Assembly (NCBI GenBank): GCA_002336915.1
Contig: DDET01000041.1
Span: forward strand, 9,537-73,536
Direction: 5' to 3'
From: Bacteroidetes bacterium UBA1947
Lineage (GTDB): Bacteria; Bacteroidota; Bacteroidia; Chitinophagales; Chitinophagaceae
Length of the DNA: 64,000 bases
Position 1 is the first letter of the stretch. Each line of letters starts with the position of its first letter. Shown piece by piece: positions 17,322 through 25,892 of the stretch. A program made the translations under genes and the position numbers. The notes below the pieces were generated by a model. It was given only the letters and a program-made list of their open reading frames with translations. It was not told the origin of the DNA and made no database searches.

Positions 17322-18128
17322 CTATTTTGCTTCTTTCTGCTTCAGGTCGCTTGCTGTGGCATGGGGCCTGCTTTCGCCAAGTATACCCATGGGTTTCACT
17401 TTTTTCAGCTTTTTAAGACCGAAACCTTCAATAGCGTACTTTTCAAAGTGCTTTATTGTTTCTTCTACAGAATCTGTAAAGAGGAACAGGTCAAGATCGG
17501 CAGCGTCAATAGTTTTCTGGGTTACTAACTTTTGAAGGTATTGGTACAGCTCCTTGTGAAATTCTTTCCCGACAAGCACAACGGGAAACTTGAGGATCTT
17601 CCCAGTCTGTATCAATGTCACGGATTCGAAAAATTCATCCATGGTGCCGTAGCCACCGGGCATTACAATAAAGCCATAAGAATATTTAGTAAGCAATACT
17701 TTGCGGACGAAGAAAAATTCTATGTCTACCCAGCGGTCGAGATAAGGATTAGGCTTCTGTTCTTTGGGCAGGATGATGTTGCAACCTATGGAGCGGCCGC
17801 CGGCTTCTTTTGCACCACGGTTGGCTGCCTCCATGATACCGGGGCCTCCGCCCGTCATAACGGTAAAGCCCAGATTTGCCATCTCGCCACCCAGGGTCCT
17901 TGCCATCTCGTAGTATTGATGGCCTTCTTTAAAACGAGCGGAACCAAAGACCGTGATACAAGGGCCTGCAAAGTGCAACTTGCGAAAGCCCCTTATGAAC
18001 TCCTTAAGTACATTGAACAAAAAATAGCCTTCCTCGGTACGGGAATGCGGGCCTTCCAGGAACTCTGCTTCTTTTTTTGAGCCTACGGGGGTAAACTCCC
18101 GCTGCCTGCCATTTTGGTTGTCTTCCAT
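17322..18128 (-). CDS. LOG family / TIGR00730 Rossmann-fold nucleotide-binding protein (annotated as lysine decarboxylase-like in older records)
   Basis: GGGPGIMEAANRGA and PGGYGTMDEFFE motifs. The start was chosen at MEDNQNG (18128). Confidence 0.87.
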   Translation of the reverse strand: MEDNQNGRQREFTPVGSKKEAEFLEGPHSRTEEGYFLFNVLKEFIRGFRKLHFAGPCITVFGSARFKEGHQYYEMARTLGGEMANLGFTVMTGGGPGIMEAANRGAKEAGGRSIGCNIILPKEQKPNPYLDRWVDIEFFFVRKVLLTKYSYGFIVMPGGYGTMDEFFESVTLIQTGKILKFPVVLVGKEFHKELYQYLQKLVTQKTIDAADLDLFLFTDSVEETIKHFEKYAIEGFGLKKLKKVKPMGILGESRPHATASDLKQKEAK

Positions 18129-18220
18129 GTTTAGTGGAACAAATATCCGAAAAGGAATCAAAAGAAAAGAGCGCCTAAGAAAAGCGCCCTTCTGTAACTA
18201 TATATAATCGAAACCAAACC

Positions 18221-18883
18221 TTACCATTTCACATCCAGATCGTCGGCATTGCCGGAAGTGACGGGCAATAATATAAAGCCGCACTGCGAGCCACTGACCG
18301 GATATGCACCCACCTGGTATACCTGCGTACCATTGATGGTGAAAGACCAGAAATTATTTACTTGTTCTACCTTAAGCGTATTCCAGCCATTGCGATTGAT
18401 GGCAGATGAATACTGCCATGGGCCACTTGTGATGGGTGTAGCTGCCAGGCTGGCGCTACCTTCTTTATATATCTCGAAACTATCATTTTTGACGATAAAA
18501 GAATAGCCGTAGTCCGAATTGGATGCACCAAATATGATACCCATTTTATTATCGGACTTTACATTGGCCGACACCTGGAAATCGTAATTAAAATTACCGC
18601 CTGTGTTTATTATTGCTGTGTGCAAACCACTTGTTGCATAGTTGACAAATGTGAGCTGACCGCTCTGCACGTTAGCATAGGCGCTATCCTGCGGTGAACC
18701 GAAGCTCCAGCCGTACCTATCACTGCTGAAATCATCGTAAAATTCGTTTTGATAACCTGAATTATGATGGTTATTGTTATTGTTCGGCTCAGTATTATAA
18801 TAATCGTTTTGTACGCAGGATGTCAATAAAGTGCATGCCGTTAGTAAACCTAAAGCTGCGGGGATGTATTTTCTTGCCTTCAT
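18221..18883 (-). CDS. Hypothetical lipoprotein, probably a beta-sandwich (jelly-roll) domain
   Basis: Lipobox LLTSC, an Asn-rich linker, then a beta-rich body of about 170 aa. Confidence 0.62.
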   Translation of the reverse strand: MKARKYIPAALGLLTACTLLTSCVQNDYYNTEPNNNNNHHNSGYQNEFYDDFSSDRYGWSFGSPQDSAYANVQSGQLTFVNYATSGLHTAIINTGGNFNYDFQVSANVKSDNKMGIIFGASNSDYGYSFIVKNDSFEIYKEGSASLAATPITSGPWQYSSAINRNGWNTLKVEQVNNFWSFTINGTQVYQVGAYPVSGSQCGFILLPVTSGNADDLDVKW

Positions 18884-19023
18884 ATCTTTTTGTTAAAATG
18901 CGATCCGTAGTGTGTAAAACAAAAAACAAGCCAAAAATGAAAATTGGGCGGAAAATCAAAAAAAATCTCCCGAAATAGCCTGTGGCACGGCTTTTTTAGC
19001 TGTTTACGAAAAACATAAAATAT

Positions 19024-19209
19024 ATGGACAAGCTGGAATTTAAAGGCAAATGGAACGAATGGAAAGGCAAAATAAAACAAGCCAATGCCGACCTTACAGA
19101 TGATGACCTGCAGTATGAGGAAGGTAAGGACGATGAAACACTGGGACGTATCCAACAAAAACTGGGCAAGACACGGGATGAAGTAATTACATGGCTTAAA
19201 TCGCTGTAA
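19024..19209 (+). CDS. CsbD-family general stress protein
   Basis: [14 protein letters not shown]...DLTDDDL...[21 protein letters not shown] matches the CsbD pattern. It supersedes the antisense ORF 18880..19158. Confidence 0.8.
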   Translation: MDKLEFKGKWNEWKGKIKQANADLTDDDLQYEEGKDDETLGRIQQKLGKTRDEVITWLKSL

Positions 19210-19226
19210 ACGATTTAGTTAGGCCT

Positions 19227-19264
19227 AAAAATATGCCGGCTATCCTTTAGCCGGCATATTTTTA
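19227..19264. terminator. Bidirectional terminator hairpin between convergent genes
   Basis: aaaatatgccggct-atccttt-agccggcatatttt has A/T runs on both flanks. Confidence 0.65.
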
Positions 19265-19810
19265 TTCCTTACCACCCATGCCCTTGAATTGGTGGTGGGT
19301 TTCTTTGAATAGGACATTGAAGGTAGTTAGCGAACCGTAGATGGCTGTTACGTATTGCTGAAGCTCCACTTTTTCTTCATCGGTGAGCACTTTGTGTGCA
19401 TTTATCTTTTGTTCTATGAGGCGCAGCCTGTCGCGCACCATTACTATTTTATGGAAAAATGTTTCTATGGGCAGTTCTTTTGGCTGAAGTGAATCATCGC
19501 CGGGCTTCATGATCAAAGTGCCGTTGTTCCAACGGTTGCCCATTGGTACAAGTTGCGCTTCGTTGAGGCGCCTGTCCAGTATATTATCAAGGGCCTCTTC
19601 TATGTCGGCAATAGTAATGTTGCTACCTCCGCCGCCTTCTGCTTCTTTCTGCTCTATTATCTTTAGTTCGAAATCCTTACCTATGTTCTTAGCCGCTCCC
19701 TGCGATTTGAACCATATCACGTAAAATTCGGTAGCGGTCTCTACCACTACTCCTTTGCCAAAGTGCGGATGCTCCACCCGTGAACCGATACCTAATGCGC
19801 TAGTTTCCAT
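19262..19810 (-). CDS. Hypothetical protein
   Basis: The start was chosen at METSALGIGSRVEHPHFGKGVV. The N-terminus resembles the small Tudor-like FGxG motif found at UvrD/PcrA C-termini. The rest is unrecognised. Confidence 0.55.
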   Translation of the reverse strand: METSALGIGSRVEHPHFGKGVVVETATEFYVIWFKSQGAAKNIGKDFELKIIEQKEAEGGGGSNITIADIEEALDNILDRRLNEAQLVPMGNRWNNGTLIMKPGDDSLQPKELPIETFFHKIVMVRDRLRLIEQKINAHKVLTDEEKVELQQYVTAIYGSLTTFNVLFKETHHQFKGMGGKE

Positions 19811-19890
19811 ATGCGTTAATTTAAAATGCTGCACAAATATAAGTGTACATGCGGCATGATTTTTTAAGTGTATCCATAAATATTCATACA

Positions 19891-20079
19891 ATGGACACCA
19901 CACAAATTGGAAAGAACTGGCCGGAATTGCGTAAGAAACTGATGGAAAAATATCCTGAACTGACGGCGGACGACCTGGTATATGAAATAGGCAGAGAAGC
20001 AGAATTGCTGAAACACCTGCAGGAAAAACTCAAGAAAAACCGATCGGAGATAGATTATGTGCTTAGCTTGATGGGATAG
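19891..20079 (+). CDS. Small CsbD-like stress protein
   Basis: MDTTQIGKNW...LTADDLVYEIGREAELLKHLQEKLKKNRSEI follows the same LTxDDL...G+...LQxKL pattern as the gene at 19024. Confidence 0.55.
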   Translation: MDTTQIGKNWPELRKKLMEKYPELTADDLVYEIGREAELLKHLQEKLKKNRSEIDYVLSLMG

Positions 20080-20412
20080 TTATTTTTTCTTAGCCTTAGG
20101 AGCTACAAGCCTGTACGAGTCGTCGATCATCTCCCTTAACTGTTTATTATTTAGCTTACCATCTATGACGACTGTATTCCAGTGTTTTTTGTTCATATGG
20201 TAGCCGGGAAGGACACATTCATACTCGTCCCGTAATTCTATGGCCCGGGAAGGATCGCACTTTACGTTGAACTGCAGTGGTATGGCACTGAGGTTAGTTA
20301 GCAGGAAGAGTTTGCCCCTGACCTTAAAAACGAGGGTATCTTCCCCGAAGGGAAAGCCTTCCTCCACATCCTGTTTTGACAGGCAGTATTCCCGCAGGTC
20401 CTCTATATTCAT
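20080..20412 (-). CDS. MmcQ/YjbR family DNA-binding protein
   Basis: EDLREYCLSK...EEGFPFGEDTLVFKV.GKLF...HMNKKHWNTV is the characteristic YjbR pattern. Confidence 0.85.
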   Translation of the reverse strand: MNIEDLREYCLSKQDVEEGFPFGEDTLVFKVRGKLFLLTNLSAIPLQFNVKCDPSRAIELRDEYECVLPGYHMNKKHWNTVVIDGKLNNKQLREMIDDSYRLVAPKAKKK

Positions 20413-20513
20413 ATATTTTAATTATTTCAAGTTCTTGAAGCTTTGTTTTTTGTTTTTTAATTCTAAAATTGTACTTTGTTGCCTAAATTAGCATTTCGGC
20501 CAAAACAATACTT

Positions 20514-21113
20514 ATGAGGTCTAAGATACTTTTATCTGTAATATTAGTGACGCTTTCGTGTAGCCTGTCTTTCGCTCATGATAAGTACAAGAAGGCACGC
20601 CCTTGCGATTGCTACCGTGTTGATGGCCCTGAACTGAGTATACTTACGGGTACAAAGACCAAGATCGAAAGAATGATACGTCATGAGTCGGCTGATGTAA
20701 TGAATGGTGCCAGCGATGTTGCCTGCATGCAGGCAGCACTGCTTTTTCACTACAACATGGCCTTTGATCATTTTGAAGAATTGAAACTGCGCATTATCCA
20801 GAACCTGCCAACAGCGGCCAGCAAGGAAGATTTCATCAGCTCTATAGCCGACAAGTTCCATTCGGAAGATGATGACAAGGTGATCTTTGTGAAGCAGGAA
20901 AATAGCGAAGGTGATGTAGTGGTAACACTGTCAAACCGCATTATGAACCAGCTTGGCGCCATTTGGGAAGTATACCAGGCAGACAATGAGTACGTAATGG
21001 TGGCTTTGAATACAGAATGCGATATGCACTTCAGGCTGGAAAACTTTTATACGCTCACGGGTTTTGATGCTGATAATATTACAGCCCGCCCTGCGGTACT
21101 ACTGGATAAATAA
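20514..21113 (+). CDS. Hypothetical secreted protein
   Basis: N-terminal signal peptide (LSCSLSFAHD). I recognise no family. Confidence 0.55.
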   Translation: MRSKILLSVILVTLSCSLSFAHDKYKKARPCDCYRVDGPELSILTGTKTKIERMIRHESADVMNGASDVACMQAALLFHYNMAFDHFEELKLRIIQNLPTAASKEDFISSIADKFHSEDDDKVIFVKQENSEGDVVVTLSNRIMNQLGAIWEVYQADNEYVMVALNTECDMHFRLENFYTLTGFDADNITARPAVLLDK

Positions 21114-21130
21114 AATTCTTAAAGAAATTT

Positions 21131-21160
21131 TAAAAAAGCCACGCAAATGCGTGGCTTTTT
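21131..21160 (+). terminator. Rho-independent terminator
   Basis: aaaaaa-gccacgca-aa-tgcgtggc-tttttt. Confidence 0.75.
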
Positions 21161-21237
21161 TAATTTACCGGGCATAATAAAATATTAAAATTATTTCTAA
21201 ATTTATATTTGAGCAATTGATCCCAAATACTTGCCCT

Positions 21238-21497
21238 ATGAAAAAGATATTTGCACTCATTATTATCATCACCTTAGTCAGCCTATACCCTAACCCGGCA
21301 AACGAGGAATTAAAGATAAAGACAGATGCGGTATATAAATCATATACAATCACAAACAGCATCGGGTAGATAGTGATGAAAAGCCTCGTAAGCAACAAGG
21401 AAATAAGTGTTGACATAAAAGGCCTGGCACAGGGAGTATATTACATCAACCTGAAGGCACGCTAAACACAGAAGTTAAGAAATTTGTGAAAATGTGA
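21238..21497 (+). pseudogene. Decayed mini-gene consisting of a signal peptide fused directly to a T9SS type-A C-terminal sorting domain
   Basis: It reads MKKIFALIIIITLVS-LYPNPANEELKIKTDAVYKSYTITNSIG-TAG-IVMKSLVSNKEISVDIKGLAQGVYYINLKAR-TAA, then continues in another frame as TEVKKFVKM-TGA. That is one in-frame stop plus one frameshift within an otherwise typical CTD. Confidence 0.6.
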
Positions 21498-21609
21498 TGC
21501 TTTCGACGTGCAGACTACCTACATTCAAATATTATATTTTCATATAGTGACCCAATTGTAAAACTTTTACCATTTTTTAAGGGGAAGATTAATATGTCAT
21601 TGAAAGGCC

Positions 21610-21617
21610 TATCTTTG
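21610..21617 (+). promoter_or_regulatory. Candidate Bacteroidota -7 promoter box (TAtcTTTG)
   Basis: Matches the TAnnTTTG consensus and ends 19 nt upstream of the ATG at 21637. I could not identify a convincing -33 element. Confidence 0.3.
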
Positions 21618-21636
21618 TTTTCTTCTAAATATTACG

Positions 21637-22725
21637 ATGAAGAGAACATTGTTATACGCTTTAAGCCTTGCCGCAATATTGGGCACCTCGAGCTGCTCGG
21701 AAAAATTTGATGTGGCTGCTCCATACCGGAATGTAACCGTTGTTAACGGCTTCCTTGACATACGGGACACTGCGCACTATATCCGTATCGAAAAAGGCTT
21801 CATGGACCAAAACAAGAGCGGCCTTGATATGGCTAAGGTGCCGGACAGCAGTTATTATTCCAAGCTTACCGTACAGGTAAAAGAGCTGATTCCCGGTAAC
21901 CCAGTGCCTGTTAACACAATCGTTTTAAAACTGGTGGATCTTAATAACGAAGGGTACCCCAAAGATACCGGCACCTTCTTTACATCGCCCAACTATGCAT
22001 ATAAATTTACGGAGGGGCTTAAGCCCGACCACCGGTACCGACTGGTGATAACTAACCAGGAATCGGGAGAAGTGGATTCAGCGGAAACATCTATAATCGA
22101 TACAGCCTTTAGCCATTTCTATATTCCTCCATTGGAAAACCCCGACTATCCGCTTAGAATGAATATTGCGAAGACCATTAACAATAAGGTTAAGTTCAGT
22201 GGCAGCATAGTGACGGCGGGTACGGACCCCAATGCAGTGCCTGCCGGTGTAAAAGTGATGGAGTGTACCATGCTGATCTACTACCGGGACAGCAATTCTG
22301 TGGCGCATACTATAACACCACATATACTTACCTGGAATAACGTACCGGCGGATATTACCATAACCAGCTCAGGCTTTGATTTTGCCCTGCTGAACACCAC
22401 ATTTTACGATTTCTTTAAGGAAAACATACCCGCTACTCCCGATGTGCATGGCCTATGGCGCCTGCTGGATAGCTGCGATATTATCATGTATGCCGGCAGT
22501 AGTGATTATTATACCTACAGGCAGGTAACCGGAGCCCAAGCCGGCGGGCTAACCGGCGGCGAAATAAAGCCTAATTATTCCAATATACAAGGTGGCTTAT
22601 CCCTGGGCCTGTTCACTACAAGGACAGCAAAAACGGGCCATGCGATCAAATTTGAAGTACCCGAAAGTATTGACTCCTTAAGGGTAAATCCCCGTACCAG
22701 CAATATCAACTTTACGGTGCCATAA
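21637..22725 (+). CDS. Hypothetical lipoprotein, possibly DUF4249-like
   Basis: Lipobox GTSSC. The N-terminal pattern (VTVVNGFLD...YIRIEKGF) is reminiscent of DUF4249 lipoproteins, which usually follow TonB-dependent receptors. No receptor is adjacent here. Confidence 0.6.
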   Translation: MKRTLLYALSLAAILGTSSCSEKFDVAAPYRNVTVVNGFLDIRDTAHYIRIEKGFMDQNKSGLDMAKVPDSSYYSKLTVQVKELIPGNPVPVNTIVLKLVDLNNEGYPKDTGTFFTSPNYAYKFTEGLKPDHRYRLVITNQESGEVDSAETSIIDTAFSHFYIPPLENPDYPLRMNIAKTINNKVKFSGSIVTAGTDPNAVPAGVKVMECTMLIYYRDSNSVAHTITPHILTWNNVPADITITSSGFDFALLNTTFYDFFKENIPATPDVHGLWRLLDSCDIIMYAGSSDYYTYRQVTGAQAGGLTGGEIKPNYSNIQGGLSLGLFTTRTAKTGHAIKFEVPESIDSLRVNPRTSNINFTVP

Positions 22726-22756
22726 TTGACAAAATAACCTGTTTAAGATATTTTTT

Positions 22757-22790
22757 ATGCCTTAATGTGTATGCATTAAGGCATTTTTAT
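22757..22790 (+). terminator. Rho-independent terminator
   Basis: atgccttaatg-tgtatg-cattaaggcat followed by ttttatttc. Confidence 0.65.
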
Positions 22791-22895
22791 TTCAGAATGA
22801 CAGTATAGCTGACAATATTACCGAATAAAGGCTCATGGCATGCATATTGACTAGAAATAGGTATAAATAAAGAAAATTAAAAGAATAGAATTACT

Positions 22896-24800
22896 ATGGG
22901 AAAAATTATCGGAATTGACTTAGGTACCACGAACTCTTGCGTTGCAGTAATGGAAGGTAACGAACCAGTGGTAATAGCCAACGATGAAGGCCGCCGCACA
23001 ACGCCTTCGGTAGTCGCCTTTTTGAAAAACGGCGAGCGTAAAGTAGGAGATCCGGCAAAGCGCCAGGCCATTACAAACCCTACGAACACTATTATGTCCA
23101 TTAAACGCTACATGGGTCGTCGCTTTGACGAGGTGAGCAGCGAAATGACGCATAACTCATACAAGATAGTAAAGGGTGATAATAACACACCCCGGGTGGA
23201 TATAGACGGCAGGATGTACACGCCGCAGGAAATATCGGCTATGATACTTCAGAAAATGAAGAAAACCGCCGAGGAATTCCTGGGTTATGAGGTAACAGAA
23301 GCCGTGGTTACTGTACCTGCGTACTTTAACGATGCACAGCGCCAGGCTACTAAAGAAGCCGGCGAAATAGCGGGCCTTAACATACGCCGTATCATTAACG
23401 AACCTACAGCTGCCGCATTGGCTTATGGCCTTGACAAACAGCATAAGGACAGCAAAATAGCTGTGTTCGACCTTGGTGGTGGTACATTTGATATCTCGAT
23501 CCTGGAATTGGGTGATGGGGTATTTGAGGTAAAATCGACCAACGGTGACACTCACCTGGGTGGTGATGACTTTGATAAGGTGATCATGGACTGGCTGGCT
23601 GATGAATTTAAGAAAGACGAAGCGCAGGACCTGCGTAAAGACCCTATGGCATGGCAGCGCCTGAAGGAAGCTGCTGAAAAAGCCAAAGTGGAGCTGTCTT
23701 CATCACAGGAAACAGAAATAAACTTACCATATATAACCGCAGTGGATGGCGTACCTAAACACCTGGTGCGCAAATTGAGCCGTGCAAAATTCGAACAGCT
23801 GTCGGACAGTTTAGTAGAGCGCACGCTCGAACCCTGCCGTAAAGCATTGAAGGATGCCGGCCTTACTACTTCGGATATTGACGAAGTGATCATGGTAGGT
23901 GGTTCGACACGTATCCCCAAAATACTGGAGATCGTAGAGAAATTCTTCGGCAAAAAGCCTAACAGGAGTGTAAACCCTGATGAAGTGGTAGCAATAGGTG
24001 CTGCTATACAAGGTGGCGTATTAAGCGGCGATGTAAAAGATGTATTGCTGCTGGACGTTACACCTCTTTCACTGGGTATTGAAACAATGGGCGGTGTAAT
24101 GACCAGGCTTATAGAATCGAACACAACCATACCTACACGTAAGAGCGAAACGTTCTCGACAGCCAGCGATAACCAGCCAAGCGTTGAAATAAACGTACTG
24201 CAAGGTGAGCGCCCGATGGCTAAGGACAATAAAACGCTGGGAAGGTTTATACTGGATGGTATACCACCGGCACCACGCGGCGTGCCACAGGTAGAAGTGA
24301 TCTTTGACATTGATGCTAACGGTATACTGCATGTGACCGCAAAAGATAAAGGCACAGGCAAACAGCAGAATATACGCATAGAAGCCGGTAGCGGCCTGAA
24401 CAAGGAAGAGATAGAACGCATGAGGAACGAGGCGAAAGCCAATGAAGATGAAGATAAGAAAGTGCGTGAGCGTGTAGAAAAACTAAATATGGCTGACGGT
24501 CTTGTATTCAACTCAGAAAAACAACTGAAAGAATACGGCGACAAGATACCTGCTGACAAGAAGGGGCCTATAGAGGCTGCAGTAGCCAAACTGAAAGAAG
24601 CTCATAAAGCAGAAGACGTGGATGGCATTGATAAAGCAGCTGAGGAACTGAATGCAGCATGGAGCGCAGCGAGCGAATTCCTGTACAACACAGGTAACCA
24701 GCAAGCTGGTGGCGATGGCGGTGCACAACAACAGCAGCAGCATGAGAATGCAGGCAACGACGGTAATGTAGCCGATGCCGAATATGAAGAAGTAAAATAA
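22896..24800 (+). CDS. dnaK: Molecular chaperone DnaK (Hsp70)
   Basis: [21 protein letters not shown] and VGGSTRIP motifs, with a full-length substrate-binding domain, lid and acidic tail. Confidence 0.99.
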   Translation: MGKIIGIDLGTTNSCVAVMEGNEPVVIANDEGRRTTPSVVAFLKNGERKVGDPAKRQAITNPTNTIMSIKRYMGRRFDEVSSEMTHNSYKIVKGDNNTPRVDIDGRMYTPQEISAMILQKMKKTAEEFLGYEVTEAVVTVPAYFNDAQRQATKEAGEIAGLNIRRIINEPTAAALAYGLDKQHKDSKIAVFDLGGGTFDISILELGDGVFEVKSTNGDTHLGGDDFDKVIMDWLADEFKKDEAQDLRKDPMAWQRLKEAAEKAKVELSSSQETEINLPYITAVDGVPKHLVRKLSRAKFEQLSDSLVERTLEPCRKALKDAGLTTSDIDEVIMVGGSTRIPKILEIVEKFFGKKPNRSVNPDEVVAIGAAIQGGVLSGDVKDVLLLDVTPLSLGIETMGGVMTRLIESNTTIPTRKSETFSTASDNQPSVEINVLQGERPMAKDNKTLGRFILDGIPPAPRGVPQVEVIFDIDANGILHVTAKDKGTGKQQNIRIEAGSGLNKEEIERMRNEAKANEDEDKKVRERVEKLNMADGLVFNSEKQLKEYGDKIPADKKGPIEAAVAKLKEAHKAEDVDGIDKAAEELNAAWSAASEFLYNTGNQQAGGDGGAQQQQQHENAGNDGNVADAEYEEVK

Positions 24801-24833
24801 GAAGCCAAGCCATAAAGAGGCTTATATCAAGAT

Positions 24834-24867
24834 AAAAAAAGAGAGGCTATATAGCCTCTCTTTTTTT
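24834..24867 (+). terminator. Rho-independent terminator of dnaK
   Basis: aaaaaaa-gagaggctat/atagcctctc-ttttttt is a perfect 10-bp palindromic stem with a U-tract. Confidence 0.85.
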
Positions 24868-25132
24868 ATCGTACCTGAAAGCGACTGGTACGTTTTTTAT
24901 GTCCTCCGGGTAAAACTACGTGTTATGAAAGGGGCAAGAAATGAAAACAACATGCAAAGCAAACAGAACAAGGTAAATCTAACAAAACCTGAGATTCGTG
25001 ACGAGCTGGACAGCCGTAAAGAAAAAGAAGCCGGGTACACAGACCACAATAACAAGGCAGATAAAACTAAGAAGAACAAAAGAAAAGAAGGCTAGTATAT
25101 AATAAGATACCTGCCCAAACGTTCTAATAACA

Positions 25133-25831
25133 ATGACTAAATCATTTTGTCTTTTAGTCTCCTTACTAACGTTTGCCAGTCAGCCCTTATACGCCCAAAA
25201 GCTGCTCGGAAATATTGGATTGGGTATCGGGTATGATGTTTTCATACGCGATAAAAGAATACTGCCATACAGTGTCAAATGGCCTGCCAGGCCGGGCATG
25301 GGAGGCATGTTTGGTATTAAATACCTGCCTGAAAATGGCTTCGAAATATTTTTAAATGCTAATGTAGGCACGGTATATATTCAAATACCTGCTCCGGGCT
25401 ACGGCAAAAGCAGGACCTACTTTAAGCAATTCCATTCCAATATCAGTATAGGTTCGGGCCCGCAAATAAAAACTGAAAGTCGTGGAACTTTCATTCCGTA
25501 TGTGCAGCTCGGTGCCGGTTTCTACAGCGATTGGGGTGAACAATACAATAATCCAACAAATATTACTGTACAAAAAAGGATGGGCTTGCCTGTTAGTGAT
25601 ACCTGGACGCTTATATGTGGCGCTGGTATAGATTGGCAAATAGGTAAAAGGCACCTGTCAGGCTTGAACCTGCAGGCATCTTTTACCCCAATGAATATCT
25701 ATGAGGTAACACCGGAGTACGAGGTTTCAACTCCTGCAGGGTTATACGATATAAAATTACAGGGCAGGTTGCTGCAATTTATGCTCAGCTACAATACACA
25801 CTTCAGCATCAAAAAATGGAACAGGATATAA
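25133..25831 (+). CDS. Outer-membrane beta-barrel (porin-family) protein
   Basis: Signal peptide ending YAQ, alternating beta-strand pattern, and aromatic residues near the C-terminus. Confidence 0.65.
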   Translation: MTKSFCLLVSLLTFASQPLYAQKLLGNIGLGIGYDVFIRDKRILPYSVKWPARPGMGGMFGIKYLPENGFEIFLNANVGTVYIQIPAPGYGKSRTYFKQFHSNISIGSGPQIKTESRGTFIPYVQLGAGFYSDWGEQYNNPTNITVQKRMGLPVSDTWTLICGAGIDWQIGKRHLSGLNLQASFTPMNIYEVTPEYEVSTPAGLYDIKLQGRLLQFMLSYNTHFSIKKWNRI

Positions 25832-25834
25832 ATC

Positions 25835-25861
25835 CGAATGGCTGCAAAGTGCAGCCATTCG
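25835..25861. terminator. Bidirectional hairpin between convergent genes
   Basis: cgaatggctgca-aag-tgcagccattcg. Confidence 0.6.
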
Positions 25862-25892
25862 ATCTTTAAATAAGGCATTTGCGTCTGTTATT

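Noticed and set aside
21165-21416. An 83-aa minus-strand hydrophobic ORF
   Set aside because: It is the reverse-frame shadow of the plus-strand signal-peptide/T9SS-CTD relic, which has far more specific sequence features.
23552-24589. A 345-aa minus-strand ORF antisense to dnaK
   Set aside because: Long antisense ORFs opposite Hsp70 genes are a well-known codon-structure artefact. The translation is Ser-rich low complexity and has no independent start or stop context.
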